Made by a program: the position numbers and the translations under genes. The notes beneath the pieces are model-generated. The model did not search any database. It was not told the DNA's origin and was given only the letters and a program-made list of their open reading frames with translations. DNA of 56,498 nucleotides, counting the filler, from Stramenopiles sp. TOSAG23-3 (taxonomy: Eukaryota), in NCBI GenBank assembly GCA_900128585.1. It is 6 parts of 6 records of this genome, joined end to end, with 100 filler letters (N's around TTAATTAATTAA, not from the genome) between each part and the next. Parts side by side here need not be neighbours in the genome. Positions count along the whole stretch, not along the records: positions 16,924 to 33,744 come from LT642477.1; 5 more parts are not named here. One strand, written 5' to 3'. Shown here piece after piece: positions 21,955-31,518 of the stretch. Every line of letters starts with the position of its first letter. Position 1 is the first letter of the stretch.

Positions 21955-24900
21955 ATGTCTGATTCCCCACAGAGAGTAGAAGCAGAGGGCGAGGAAGACG
22001 AAGGAACGACCGGGCAGTTGTTCGATACCCTGCTTGCTTCTGTCCCTGAAGTAGGGATGGAGCTTCAGGAAATGTCTAGAGAAGCAGAGCTGCTAGAATC
22101 ACTCCCCACGGTGACGGAAGAGGACGGTCTTTCCGGGCAACTTTACGCAGACTTGCAGACAAAGTACGATAAACTTGGCTCCTTTATAAGACGGGCCGGG
22201 GACAAAGTGGAATCCTTCGGAGTGAACCAGTTAAGGCTCATGCTGAAAGTAAACGATAAAGTCAGCAACGCGTTGAACTTTCACCGAAAGGTACAAAACA
22301 AGAAAGAATTTGTGGGAAAAGACCATCAAACGCTTCTGGCGATGCTTCGTGAGGAAGACAGAGAAGGCAAATTTAGAGCAGCAACTGAGTTGGGGCGCAT
22401 AGCATTAGAGCCGTCAAAAGCAGCGGGCATCTTAAACGGGGGCGGTCTGCCTCCTCTTGTATATTCTTTTTTGGACGCGTTCGACCGAGGTTGGACTAAT
22501 TTACAAGTTGCCATTGGTCGGACCGTCACCCACTTAGCATTTGTAACGGCCCCCACCCTCCCAGTCTACTCTTCATCATTCGGGTGCGAGGTGGAAGCAG
22601 TCCTTCAGGCTGTTGTATATTTTCAAAACAGCACCCTGGGCCGGGTGGATCAGCAGTGCGTTGTCGCCCAAGCACTCGCAAACTTGTCGTACTGTAACGC
22701 GAGGGGCGGAATGTCTGAGACATCGGCCCGGCACTTCCGGCACGTTGCCACTCCGATTGTATTAAAATTATGCGCCAGGGACTTAACGTCTACCGATGCC
22801 ACCTCGAAAATTGGCAACGTAGTCCAAACGGGGGAGTTGAAAGTAATAGGCGTAGAAGTGGGGGGCCAAACAGATGAAAACGAACAGGAGGAGTCGACGT
22901 ATTTACAGGTGGAAACACGTTGCTGGGCGTACGTTGCGATGGTGTACGTGCTCTTCGGCAATTCATGGGGAGACGTTACAGATAACATTAACTCCATTGT
23001 CCCCCGCCTCTATGAGGGGTTGGAAGATCGGGACGAAGAGGTGGTACGGCATGCTGCGAATTGCACGGCAAACCTGTGCTCGTCAATGTCAAACGAAAAA
23101 GGGGCAAGCGACAAATCCGGGGGGTACTTCAGGGGTTACATGGAAGCAAAAATTGTCTCGTCTGGTATGCTCACAGCGTTAGTTCAATTGGCAACGTCGA
23201 CGGACAGTGCCACGCGGCGACACGTTGCGTCGGCCCTGTCCTCGCTGGCAGAAAACCGGCAGATTCGGCGACAAATAGTCGAGGCCGGAGGGTTGCAAGC
23301 GTTGGCGTCGCTGGCATCCTTGTCTATCCCATCGGACGTGGTCTGGGGCGCGAATGCAGACGTTGCGGCTTCCCCCATTGAGCACAAAAAGATTACGTCT
23401 ATCCGCAGAAACAGCAAGACCCCTTGCACGGTGTGCGGCAAAAACATATGCTCTTGCATAAGAAAGGCCATGAGCGCTGGGAGCGCACGAAGCGACAGCG
23501 GGAGCGACGATATACGAGCGGCGAACTCTGGAACCGCAAAGCTAGGAACTGAATGCGAAGGTTCTGTAGCACTCCCACCGTCCCAGCTGAGGGCGATGCA
23601 AGAGTCGGCCAATTCTACGGCAACGCAATTGTCGGTCGCCATTGCAATGGAATTGTTAGCCAAAGACGAGCTCTACGGTCTAGAAGTTAGGAAGATGATT
23701 GTGTGCACAAGTGCCGTGCATTCGCTGTTAGCCCTGATCAATGTTGCATCCGCAAGCGTAAGGTACCATGCCATGAAAGCCTTGAGCCACTTGAGTGAAA
23801 CCGTCGAAACACACAATACGCTGGTAGACTATCTCGATCGGCTACTTCGAAGCGTTGAAATCAGCAACCAGACCTCCAAAAGTCTCGCAACCATAATTGC
23901 AAACATAGCAACGTCAGGCAATAGTAGCAATGACCCTGCTGTCAAAGCATACAAAGCCCGGATCGTATGCTCAGGAAACATTTTGCCTGTTATTTTGACT
24001 CTTGCGCAGGATGGCATCGATATCAATAAAGCCTCAATCGGCGATGGGGACAATGTCCAGGAGGACAATTATAAGTCTCAGGAAGCCAAAGAACTGCACA
24101 AACAAGCGATTCGCGCTTTGTCTGGTTACCTTGATATCCTTTACGCACGTAATTCAGAGCCAGAAACGACTGCAGATATATTGGCGCCTCCCACGCCTGT
24201 GTTGAAACGGTCCGCCAGTGCCCCGGTGCCCACGAGTTCAGAGAGAGAAACTCGCTTGACACTCGATGCAGTAACGTCACCGGTAAAAGGCCTGACAAAG
24301 CCGGAGTTTTTGGACGTGCTAGACATCCTTATTGTGTCGTTGCAGTCCATCCACAGTGACGTTCGATGTGAGGGATACAGCGCGCTCTCCCATTTGGCCA
24401 AGGAACCCAAACACCATAATAAAATGGTTTCATTAGCCGGGCGCTACCTCATCTCTCCGTTAGGGGCCGACCCGTTGGACCATCGTCTCTCAGAATGCCG
24501 AAAGTACATCGAAGCAACCCTGGTGCACCTGGGGTTTGACCCTTCCTCGGACATACAATTGTGCCAGTTTGACGCTACCCTGCTGGAAAATTGGCACATG
24601 ATTAATAAGCGTATCAAGGTCCAAGACAAACTGGAAGAAAAAATCAGAGCCTTACTGGAAGATGTGTGGCACCATTCTCCGGTTCCGGAGCCCGAATCTG
24701 AAACGCCTCCGGGACAAATGACTGCAAGTGAGCAAGAAAGAAAGGGTTCACCTCTGCAAAAAAGCAACAGCGAGAGGTCCAGTTTCTTCTCCCCGTCCAC
24801 ATCTACAAGTCCGCCACCTCAAGGCAAACAGGCCAACGCGCATCCTAGATCAGAGTCTCTGCTGGATGTGTTGTTTGGAACCGCTTCAAGCGATCTGTTT

Positions 24901-27900
24901 CAGCGCACCCGCCGACGGTCGTCCACCCACGAGACAACATCGTGGAACGATTATCTGCGCTCTAACTTAGCACATGACGGGTCTACCTTGTTGCCTGGCC
25001 TAGAAAAGCGCGCACTGATCGAATTTGTTGGGTATTACCCCTCGCTGCTGCAGCAGCGATTGCTGTTATTCTCTCCCGACCGTGGTCCGTTGGACGATTT
25101 CCCGCACTCACGGTGCATTGTAATGCCAAAACGGGATTACTACACGTTTCGGTATGGGGATATTCTGCAGAAAACAGTCGAGCGATACTATGGCATTGCC
25201 GATATCTGGTCCATCCTATTTACAAGGTGCGACTTTAGCCGAAGGTTTGCGCACCATTTTTGCGAGGCTCTCTACCGGCTCCCGTCTGTCAATTTTTTGA
25301 CATTTTACAACTCCCCAAACACGCCAAAGCCGCAGGCAGGGGAACAATTTGTACAGATTTTAAGCAATCTTCCCCCATTCGTCGGTTGGATAAACTTTGA
25401 CAATGCCCTTCACCCAGAGGACTTGCGGGAAATGATGATTCCTTTGTCGCGGTCTGGAGTTTCAGGGATTGCTATACGAAATTCTAACTTTTCGGCCGTG
25501 GATATGAAGCCACTGTTTGACATACTGAAGCACAATACCGAACGACCGGACGTAATGGCGTCTAGTAAGCCGATCCCGGCACGATCAGGGGGCGGTAGTA
25601 TCCCCGCCCAGCCAGCATCACCTCATAATTCCACTGCCCCGCCTTCCATAATGCAAGTTGGGTCCGACGGAAGCGTATACCCAGTCGAAGCCCCGATTAG
25701 GCCCGGAAATGGGATGTCAGTCGTGACATCAGAAGGGATTGTCAGCGACATGGTCACAAGCACAGCAGTTGCAATTGAGAGAAGGGGGGACACGTCCCCG
25801 CATATGCGCCCAAGAAAACCGAGCGATCCGTCTCCAATATCCCCGTTTGCATCACGGGACCGAAAAACTACGGGTGATGAGGCGAAGGTTACTATGGCGA
25901 CCATTCCGCCCATAATGCTCGAAAACAGTTTCAATCTTTCCGGACAAAACGGTGTGTTGCGTTGGCTGGATGTTTCTGGCAATAACTTAGGTGACAAGGG
26001 TGCCGCCGAGCTCATCGGTATTTTGGCAAAATATCCAAGCATCGTAGCATTAGACATGTCCCGAAACAATATTCGAAATGGTCACGCGTTCACAAAAGCC
26101 CTTTGTGACGATGGGTCCGGTCTTTTTGATGCGAAAACGTCCGTTTTGGAAGCGTTGATTCTGTCCGATAACCAACTAGGTGCACGCACGTGCGAAATCA
26201 TTTTAAAAAAGTTGTGGCACCTTGCCTGCGTTAAAAGCGAGGAAGAACACGGGCTTCTGACGCTTGATCTGTCCATGAACGTTATGCAGCAGGCGTGTCA
26301 CAGTCAAGCAATCAATGACTTGATACTGGCCGATGGAACGCTGCGAGATATCAATTTTGAAGCTTGTAAATTGACAAAATCGTGCATGGAAAAACTGAAA
26401 GTTACGATTACCAGGAATACCACGTTACATTTTCTGCGGCTGGACGGAAATGAATACGACGTAAAGAGCATGGACAACGTGCACCATATTCTGAAAGAGA
26501 ATCGTATGCGATGGGCACAGTCCGTCCATCAATACGATGGCAAAGATGAAATGGAGACCATTCCCAAAGCACGGGCTTTTAGTGGTAACGATGAACCGAC
26601 AGCCGTTGCAACAGATGGTGTTGTACCAGCGAGCACCGGCGATTCGCGCGGTGGGAAGGGGGTGAACGACGAGGCCAGAAAACCGGCAGGAGAGCAACTG
26701 CTTGCTGTTGGTAAAAAGAAAGAAACGGACGTGACAAAAGAAGACGACAACAATACCCTGCCTATTCTTGGTGTCCTCTTCAGCGCCCCATTGGTGTATC
26801 TCGATAGTGTATCTGGTACCATAAAGCCAATGTCCATGCTTGACTTTGACCTGGAAAGAATGGTCGTAGAAAACGTTATCCGCACTAGTCGCCGACGTAT
26901 TGAACTGATGTTTGAGTATGCGTCCACCAAGACGTTGCGAAACATGGTGACGTTGGGTTACCAAGCGTTGCACTTTTCGGGGCACGGTTCTCCCGACTCA
27001 TTGGCGTTCGAAGATGACCGTGGCGGCCTTCATATTGTCCCAAATAGGCAATTGCGATCCCTCTGCTCTGCGGGCTCATCTGCTTCAGGAAAGAAACACA
27101 GGGGGGTAAAGTTTGTGTTTGTCTCAGCGTGTTTTTCTCAAAGTGCTGGCGAGGCCTTTGTAAAAGCTGGTATTCCCCATGTGGTATGCGTAGCCCTTAA
27201 TTCTGACCTCCTCGATCGCGCGGCGCAGACGTTTACCCATGCGTTTTACTTATCTCTCGCAGTCGGTGACACGATTCAAGATGCTTTCGATGTCGGGGTG
27301 GAAGCTGTAAAAGCTGCCCCACGCATGGCAAATCCAGTGAATGAGGGAAACAAATTTCTCTTACTGCCTCCGGGTGGAAATCATGACGTTGCAATATTTT
27401 CACAAGCGCCAAAACGGGCCGTCAAGCCCAAAGGATTATCCAGAACGTACTCTGGCCGCCAACTCACCCGCACCAACTCTGGGAGTTTTGGCGATTATAC
27501 GAAAATGTTACCTTCCGTCCCTGACAATTTTTTGGGGCGCAACGTAGACATGTACATTGTCATGGGGTACGTGAAAGAACGCCGTTTGGTAACAATTCTA
27601 GGGCCATCCGGTACAGGCAAGTCCGCCCTAGCAATTGCCACGGCAAACTATTTGGATGCTCGACAGTACTTTACCGACGGCGTATATTTTGTTCGTTTGG
27701 ACCGCGTGTCTGCCGAAGGGGACCAGCTGGAGTCTGTAATTCTAGAATCGCTTGGGTACGAGTCTACTAAACGGCGGCGTTTGGTGTCTGCTATGAAGAA
27801 GAAGTCTATTCTTTTGGTCTTGGACCAGCTAGACTCGGAGTTGGCACAATCTAAATCTTTTCGTTTCTTGATTCACACCTTAATGGATCAAACACGGACA

Positions 27901-28200
27901 AATATATTGTTTACGAGCGAGAGCAAAATTGGTCTTGGCGGCGAAACCGTGCATTCGTTGGGGCCATTGGCAGAGGAAGACAGTGGTCGTTTGTTTGAAC
28001 TCCGATCAAACTACCAATGTCGTGAATGGCTTTCGCTTCAAAAGATTTCCAAACAGCGGCTAGGCCGGGTTGTCTACGAAAACTGCAAGGGCAACCCCAC
28101 CAAGATTCTGGACTTTGCTCGGGATATTGACGAGGACGGACTGAAATCGAAGTTTTCCTCCACTCCTACGAGCAAACCGGGTAGTGTAAAATTAATTTAA
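21955..28200 (+). CDS. GAT-like + ARM repeats + RI-type LRR + CHAT (caspase-clan) protease + STAND/NB-ARC-like NTPase
   Basis: 2081-aa ORF. LMLKVNDKVSNAL (GAT-like). ARM repeats (IVEAGGLQALASL and others). LRRs (LRWLDVSGNNLGDKGA, LEALILSDNQLG). CHAT LHFSGHG (26968-26988) and VSAC (Cys 27130). FLGR, Walker A GPSGTGKS (27601-27624), Walker B LLVLDQLD (27811-27834), CKGNP. Confidence 0.9.
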   Translation: MSDSPQRVEAEGEEDEGTTGQLFDTLLASVPEVGMELQEMSREAELLESLPTVTEEDGLSGQLYADLQTKYDKLGSFIRRAGDKVESFGVNQLRLMLKVNDKVSNALNFHRKVQNKKEFVGKDHQTLLAMLREEDREGKFRAATELGRIALEPSKAAGILNGGGLPPLVYSFLDAFDRGWTNLQVAIGRTVTHLAFVTAPTLPVYSSSFGCEVEAVLQAVVYFQNSTLGRVDQQCVVAQALANLSYCNARGGMSETSARHFRHVATPIVLKLCARDLTSTDATSKIGNVVQTGELKVIGVEVGGQTDENEQEESTYLQVETRCWAYVAMVYVLFGNSWGDVTDNINSIVPRLYEGLEDRDEEVVRHAANCTANLCSSMSNEKGASDKSGGYFRGYMEAKIVSSGMLTALVQLATSTDSATRRHVASALSSLAENRQIRRQIVEAGGLQALASLASLSIPSDVVWGANADVAASPIEHKKITSIRRNSKTPCTVCGKNICSCIRKAMSAGSARSDSGSDDIRAANSGTAKLGTECEGSVALPPSQLRAMQESANSTATQLSVAIAMELLAKDELYGLEVRKMIVCTSAVHSLLALINVASASVRYHAMKALSHLSETVETHNTLVDYLDRLLRSVEISNQTSKSLATIIANIATSGNSSNDPAVKAYKARIVCSGNILPVILTLAQDGIDINKASIGDGDNVQEDNYKSQEAKELHKQAIRALSGYLDILYARNSEPETTADILAPPTPVLKRSASAPVPTSSERETRLTLDAVTSPVKGLTKPEFLDVLDILIVSLQSIHSDVRCEGYSALSHLAKEPKHHNKMVSLAGRYLISPLGADPLDHRLSECRKYIEATLVHLGFDPSSDIQLCQFDATLLENWHMINKRIKVQDKLEEKIRALLEDVWHHSPVPEPESETPPGQMTASEQERKGSPLQKSNSERSSFFSPSTSTSPPPQGKQANAHPRSESLLDVLFGTASSDLFQRTRRRSSTHETTSWNDYLRSNLAHDGSTLLPGLEKRALIEFVGYYPSLLQQRLLLFSPDRGPLDDFPHSRCIVMPKRDYYTFRYGDILQKTVERYYGIADIWSILFTRCDFSRRFAHHFCEALYRLPSVNFLTFYNSPNTPKPQAGEQFVQILSNLPPFVGWINFDNALHPEDLREMMIPLSRSGVSGIAIRNSNFSAVDMKPLFDILKHNTERPDVMASSKPIPARSGGGSIPAQPASPHNSTAPPSIMQVGSDGSVYPVEAPIRPGNGMSVVTSEGIVSDMVTSTAVAIERRGDTSPHMRPRKPSDPSPISPFASRDRKTTGDEAKVTMATIPPIMLENSFNLSGQNGVLRWLDVSGNNLGDKGAAELIGILAKYPSIVALDMSRNNIRNGHAFTKALCDDGSGLFDAKTSVLEALILSDNQLGARTCEIILKKLWHLACVKSEEEHGLLTLDLSMNVMQQACHSQAINDLILADGTLRDINFEACKLTKSCMEKLKVTITRNTTLHFLRLDGNEYDVKSMDNVHHILKENRMRWAQSVHQYDGKDEMETIPKARAFSGNDEPTAVATDGVVPASTGDSRGGKGVNDEARKPAGEQLLAVGKKKETDVTKEDDNNTLPILGVLFSAPLVYLDSVSGTIKPMSMLDFDLERMVVENVIRTSRRRIELMFEYASTKTLRNMVTLGYQALHFSGHGSPDSLAFEDDRGGLHIVPNRQLRSLCSAGSSASGKKHRGVKFVFVSACFSQSAGEAFVKAGIPHVVCVALNSDLLDRAAQTFTHAFYLSLAVGDTIQDAFDVGVEAVKAAPRMANPVNEGNKFLLLPPGGNHDVAIFSQAPKRAVKPKGLSRTYSGRQLTRTNSGSFGDYTKMLPSVPDNFLGRNVDMYIVMGYVKERRLVTILGPSGTGKSALAIATANYLDARQYFTDGVYFVRLDRVSAEGDQLESVILESLGYESTKRRRLVSAMKKKSILLVLDQLDSELAQSKSFRFLIHTLMDQTRTNILFTSESKIGLGGETVHSLGPLAEEDSGRLFELRSNYQCREWLSLQKISKQRLGRVVYENCKGNPTKILDFARDIDEDGLKSKFSSTPTSKPGSVKLI

Positions 28201-28260
28201 ATCAAACATTTAATCTCAACAACTAGATTCTTATTAAAGTCCTTTTTTAGTTAATGTTTT

Positions 28261-28287
28261 AAAAACAAAATTATGGCTGTTATTTTA
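28261..28287 (+). repeat. Element A copy
   Basis: AAAAACAAAATTATGGCTGTTATTTTA, 60 nt after the stop at 28200. Confidence 0.75.
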
Positions 28288-28309
28288 ATCATATTTAATT
28301 TTAATTTAC

Positions 28310-28790
28310 GTACTTGGAATCTACGACCTGCCGTCGCCACAATCTTTATGTGGACTGTAGCGAGACACTGTCTTAAAGCATCAGCATCGGTACTTTGGCG
28401 GGCCCTGCTGAGGCACTGTTCAAGTTCAGCGCCGCGCCTACTCTCCTCAGCTGCAGCTGCAACATACCAAATTACTATAATCCATAACACACTTTCGGCA
28501 ATAGCGAGTGCCACTCGTGTCTGAGATAACAATCCCAAGTGCCGGCGCCGATCCGAGTATCTCGCCCCATTGGCTCCGCCACTACTTACAGTCGAAGCGC
28601 CGAGCACGTTCTTGGCAAAGGCCAAAGAAATCGTGGAAGAAACGGCTCTGCTGCCGATGTGATTTTGTTTTTTATGCAGTTACATAAGACTGTCTTCTTT
28701 TGTATGTCCGAAGTGGTAGAAGAGGAGACGGGGGGCTTCGGCGGTAGGACGGACGACCTTAACGCTTGCCGTAGTATGGGATACTTGGTA
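28310..28790 (-). pseudogene. Possible degraded gene remnant
   Basis: GC-balanced, coding-like stretch between AT-rich flanks. No long ATG-initiated frame; protein-like pieces are interrupted by stops. Strand uncertain. Confidence 0.3.
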
Positions 28791-29508
28791 CTACTACATA
28801 TTGGTTATTTTTTAATGCTATTTCATGGTTAATGCATCATATTGCCATGTTGTTTACCCTAGGTATAGGAATCATATAATCTAAGTTGTTCCTAACGCTA
28901 GACGACGACGACAACAGTATGGTGTGACCAAACGTGGCGCGTCAATTACGAGGAAATAAGTCTGTATCTTTTCTTATTATTACGGGACATCTTTGGATAG
29001 ATACAACTAAGTCACTATTAGTAACACTATTATTATAATTGTTTTTCTAAAAAAAAAGTCCGATGACGAAAGTAATATTAATATTGAATAGCAGCTACTT
29101 CACTTTTATTTTACAATCTACGCCGATTGAATAGGCGAATTTCGAAAACGATACAATTATCTGTACTTCTTGCGGTTGCAGGAAGGGAACCCGCGAATAA
29201 TAGTTAGACCCAGTGCACACATTTATTGGTAACATACCCTGAATTGATGGATGGTTTCGGTCCAGTGCAAAACTTACTCAGCATAAAACTCATGTTTTTT
29301 CTCAGTGCTTTTCGTTCTGTCAACCTTGTGATAATCTGTAGCAGAGATCATGCTTGAGTCTGAAAATTATGGAGGAGAGTTCTGGGGTCGAAGAGAAGCT
29401 AACAACTCTTTGCCAAGACGGAGAAGGGGAAGTTATTGGAAACGAACTAAGGAAAAAAAGACTGCTCACTGGAAATGGACGAAAACTTTTAATTTTCTAC
29501 TGGAGGAA

Positions 29509-31002
29509 ATGATGATTGCTTCAGAAGGTGAGATTGTTCCACCTGATTCTGTTGTATTTTGGAAAGCTTGCTATGCAACAGTTGTTTTTCTTGTAGGCGC
29601 ACTTGCTCTTGGGGTTGTTGCAGTATTCTTCTTTTGGACAAAGTTGGAAGTTGCAACAGAAACTATTGAAACCCCCACTTACGAGTGGTTCCAGACACGG
29701 GAAGATGTAGGGTTAATTTGTCCTTGTGTAGAAACTCAAATCCAACTGAAATCTTTTGTTTCTATGAAAGTGATTCCGTGGGAATCATGTGCATTGTACT
29801 CACAATTACTCACTGCCGTTGGTCAAGGCCTGCAGGCAAACCTTGAATCGACAGCAGCTTTCCTTCACATTGCAGAAAATTGTAAACAAGCAAAGAACTT
29901 TGCAGAACAAGATATGGTACTGATGAGAAATTCATACATAGATTCTGTCGTTGCACTCACAAGCAAACAGTTAAAAACGCGCGTAGATATATTTGTGAAT
30001 AGGACAAAGAATATTAGAGAGCAAGCATATTCACTTTCGTATCAACAGATTACTAGCAAAACGCTTTTAGATACACAACACGGATTCAAAAATGATGTGA
30101 GACTATTCAATCTTGGGAGAAAGGGTTGCCCAGATTGTACCATTAAATCGCCAAATGGAAACCCAGTTTTGGACGATTCGTTTTTCGTTGAAGGCAGTAA
30201 TTCATCATGCTGTTACAATGATTATAGCTGCATTATTAGTAGACCAAATTGGACAGAAGCTTGTGTTCGTATACTGACAAGGGGTGATACAAGCGTTTTT
30301 GGCGAGCAAGTAAGCAATTTGTTTAAATTCAGTGGATTTTGTACAAGATTAATTGTGCACCCTCGTCGACATTTAGTGGATGTACCATCGCGCTGTTCCG
30401 AATTTTTGTTTTTGCAAGAGTATCCCACAAATGCATTAAACACACTGCTAGAGGTATATCTTCAGAAACCGACAGTCCCTATCAACAGTGAAACATTTGG
30501 CGAGGCCATATCCAAAGGAGAATTGGCCCCTGTTAGTTATACTGTCGCAAATGAAGCATACTATGACACATGCAAACCATTAAAGTGTACGTATTTTGTG
30601 GAGGATTTTACTTCCAGAATGATTCAATCCTTGGCACTGGCGTTCGCTCTTGTCATACCCGTAATGAATGCTATGAAAATCACTGTTGTTAAAGCATTCA
30701 ATGCTATTCCAGACAGTTTTTTCTCTGAAAAAGTGCAAAGGGTCAGATCAAAAACAATCGAATTGGCAACAACCAAAAACCCGTTACAATCGGGCACACA
30801 GAGAAGGAGTACCGGAACAGTGGGAGCTGAAGAAACGGAAAATCCTGTCATAAAAAAGAGTTCAAAATTACAGCGTGCCTCAATTGTAACGCTGGAACAC
30901 ACAGACCAATGGCTAGAGTTAGTTGATGACGAAAGTTCCACGCCGTACTATCATAATGTACAAACTGGTGTGACGCAGTGGGAAAAACCCAAATGTTTTT
31001 GA
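29509..31002 (+). CDS. Two-TM protein with Cys-rich extracellular loop and C-terminal WW domain
   Basis: TM1 (VVFLVGALALGVVAVFFFW), LICPC, YYDTCKPLKCTY, TM2 (LALAFALVIPVM), WW domain WLELVDDESSTPYYHNVQTGVTQWEKP. The frame is open from ATG 29350; 29509 is my preferred start. Confidence 0.8.
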   Translation: MMIASEGEIVPPDSVVFWKACYATVVFLVGALALGVVAVFFFWTKLEVATETIETPTYEWFQTREDVGLICPCVETQIQLKSFVSMKVIPWESCALYSQLLTAVGQGLQANLESTAAFLHIAENCKQAKNFAEQDMVLMRNSYIDSVVALTSKQLKTRVDIFVNRTKNIREQAYSLSYQQITSKTLLDTQHGFKNDVRLFNLGRKGCPDCTIKSPNGNPVLDDSFFVEGSNSSCCYNDYSCIISRPNWTEACVRILTRGDTSVFGEQVSNLFKFSGFCTRLIVHPRRHLVDVPSRCSEFLFLQEYPTNALNTLLEVYLQKPTVPINSETFGEAISKGELAPVSYTVANEAYYDTCKPLKCTYFVEDFTSRMIQSLALAFALVIPVMNAMKITVVKAFNAIPDSFFSEKVQRVRSKTIELATTKNPLQSGTQRRSTGTVGAEETENPVIKKSSKLQRASIVTLEHTDQWLELVDDESSTPYYHNVQTGVTQWEKPKCF

Positions 31003-31277
31003 GCAGAGAATCTTTCCGCCAGAGAAAGAAAACCACCAGAAGTTCATATAATTTCCCACATCATGTCGTTCATTGTTACAAAAACAATGCTGTGGTGATA
31101 TTAATTACTTTGGTGCTATGGGTGTGATACATAATGGTAAACAAATCTTTTAACTACGAGTGAAAATGTAAACTTGTACTAATTTACATACATGATTTGG
31201 CATGCAAGTCGAAGAAGACTTTTTTGGTTAAAAAAATATTAGTTTCTTCGTCATTTTATTTATTATTACCTGTTTAT

Positions 31278-31427
31278 TTACGACCCGCCGCCGCCACGAA
31301 ACCGCAGCAGCCGGCGCCGCTGATTCCCCACTTTCTCGTCCACCTCGTACCCCACAAACTGCCCGTCGCCTTTCAAGGTAAAAGTCCACTCCTTGTACAC
31401 GAATGCCAACGGTTCCACGCGCCTACT
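31278..31427 (-). pseudogene. Orphan C-terminal coding fragment
   Basis: GC-rich island reading SRRVEPLAFVYKEWTFTLKGDGQFVGYEVDEKVGNQRRRLLRFRGGGGS*, preceded by an in-frame TAG. Confidence 0.45.
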
Positions 31428-31518
31428 CTAGCTGAACAACATGGCAAATACACACGGAAGTAAAATATACTTGTTTATACGTAAGTTTATTCTGTAAAAA
31501 TGTTAAGAGTTTTTTAAC

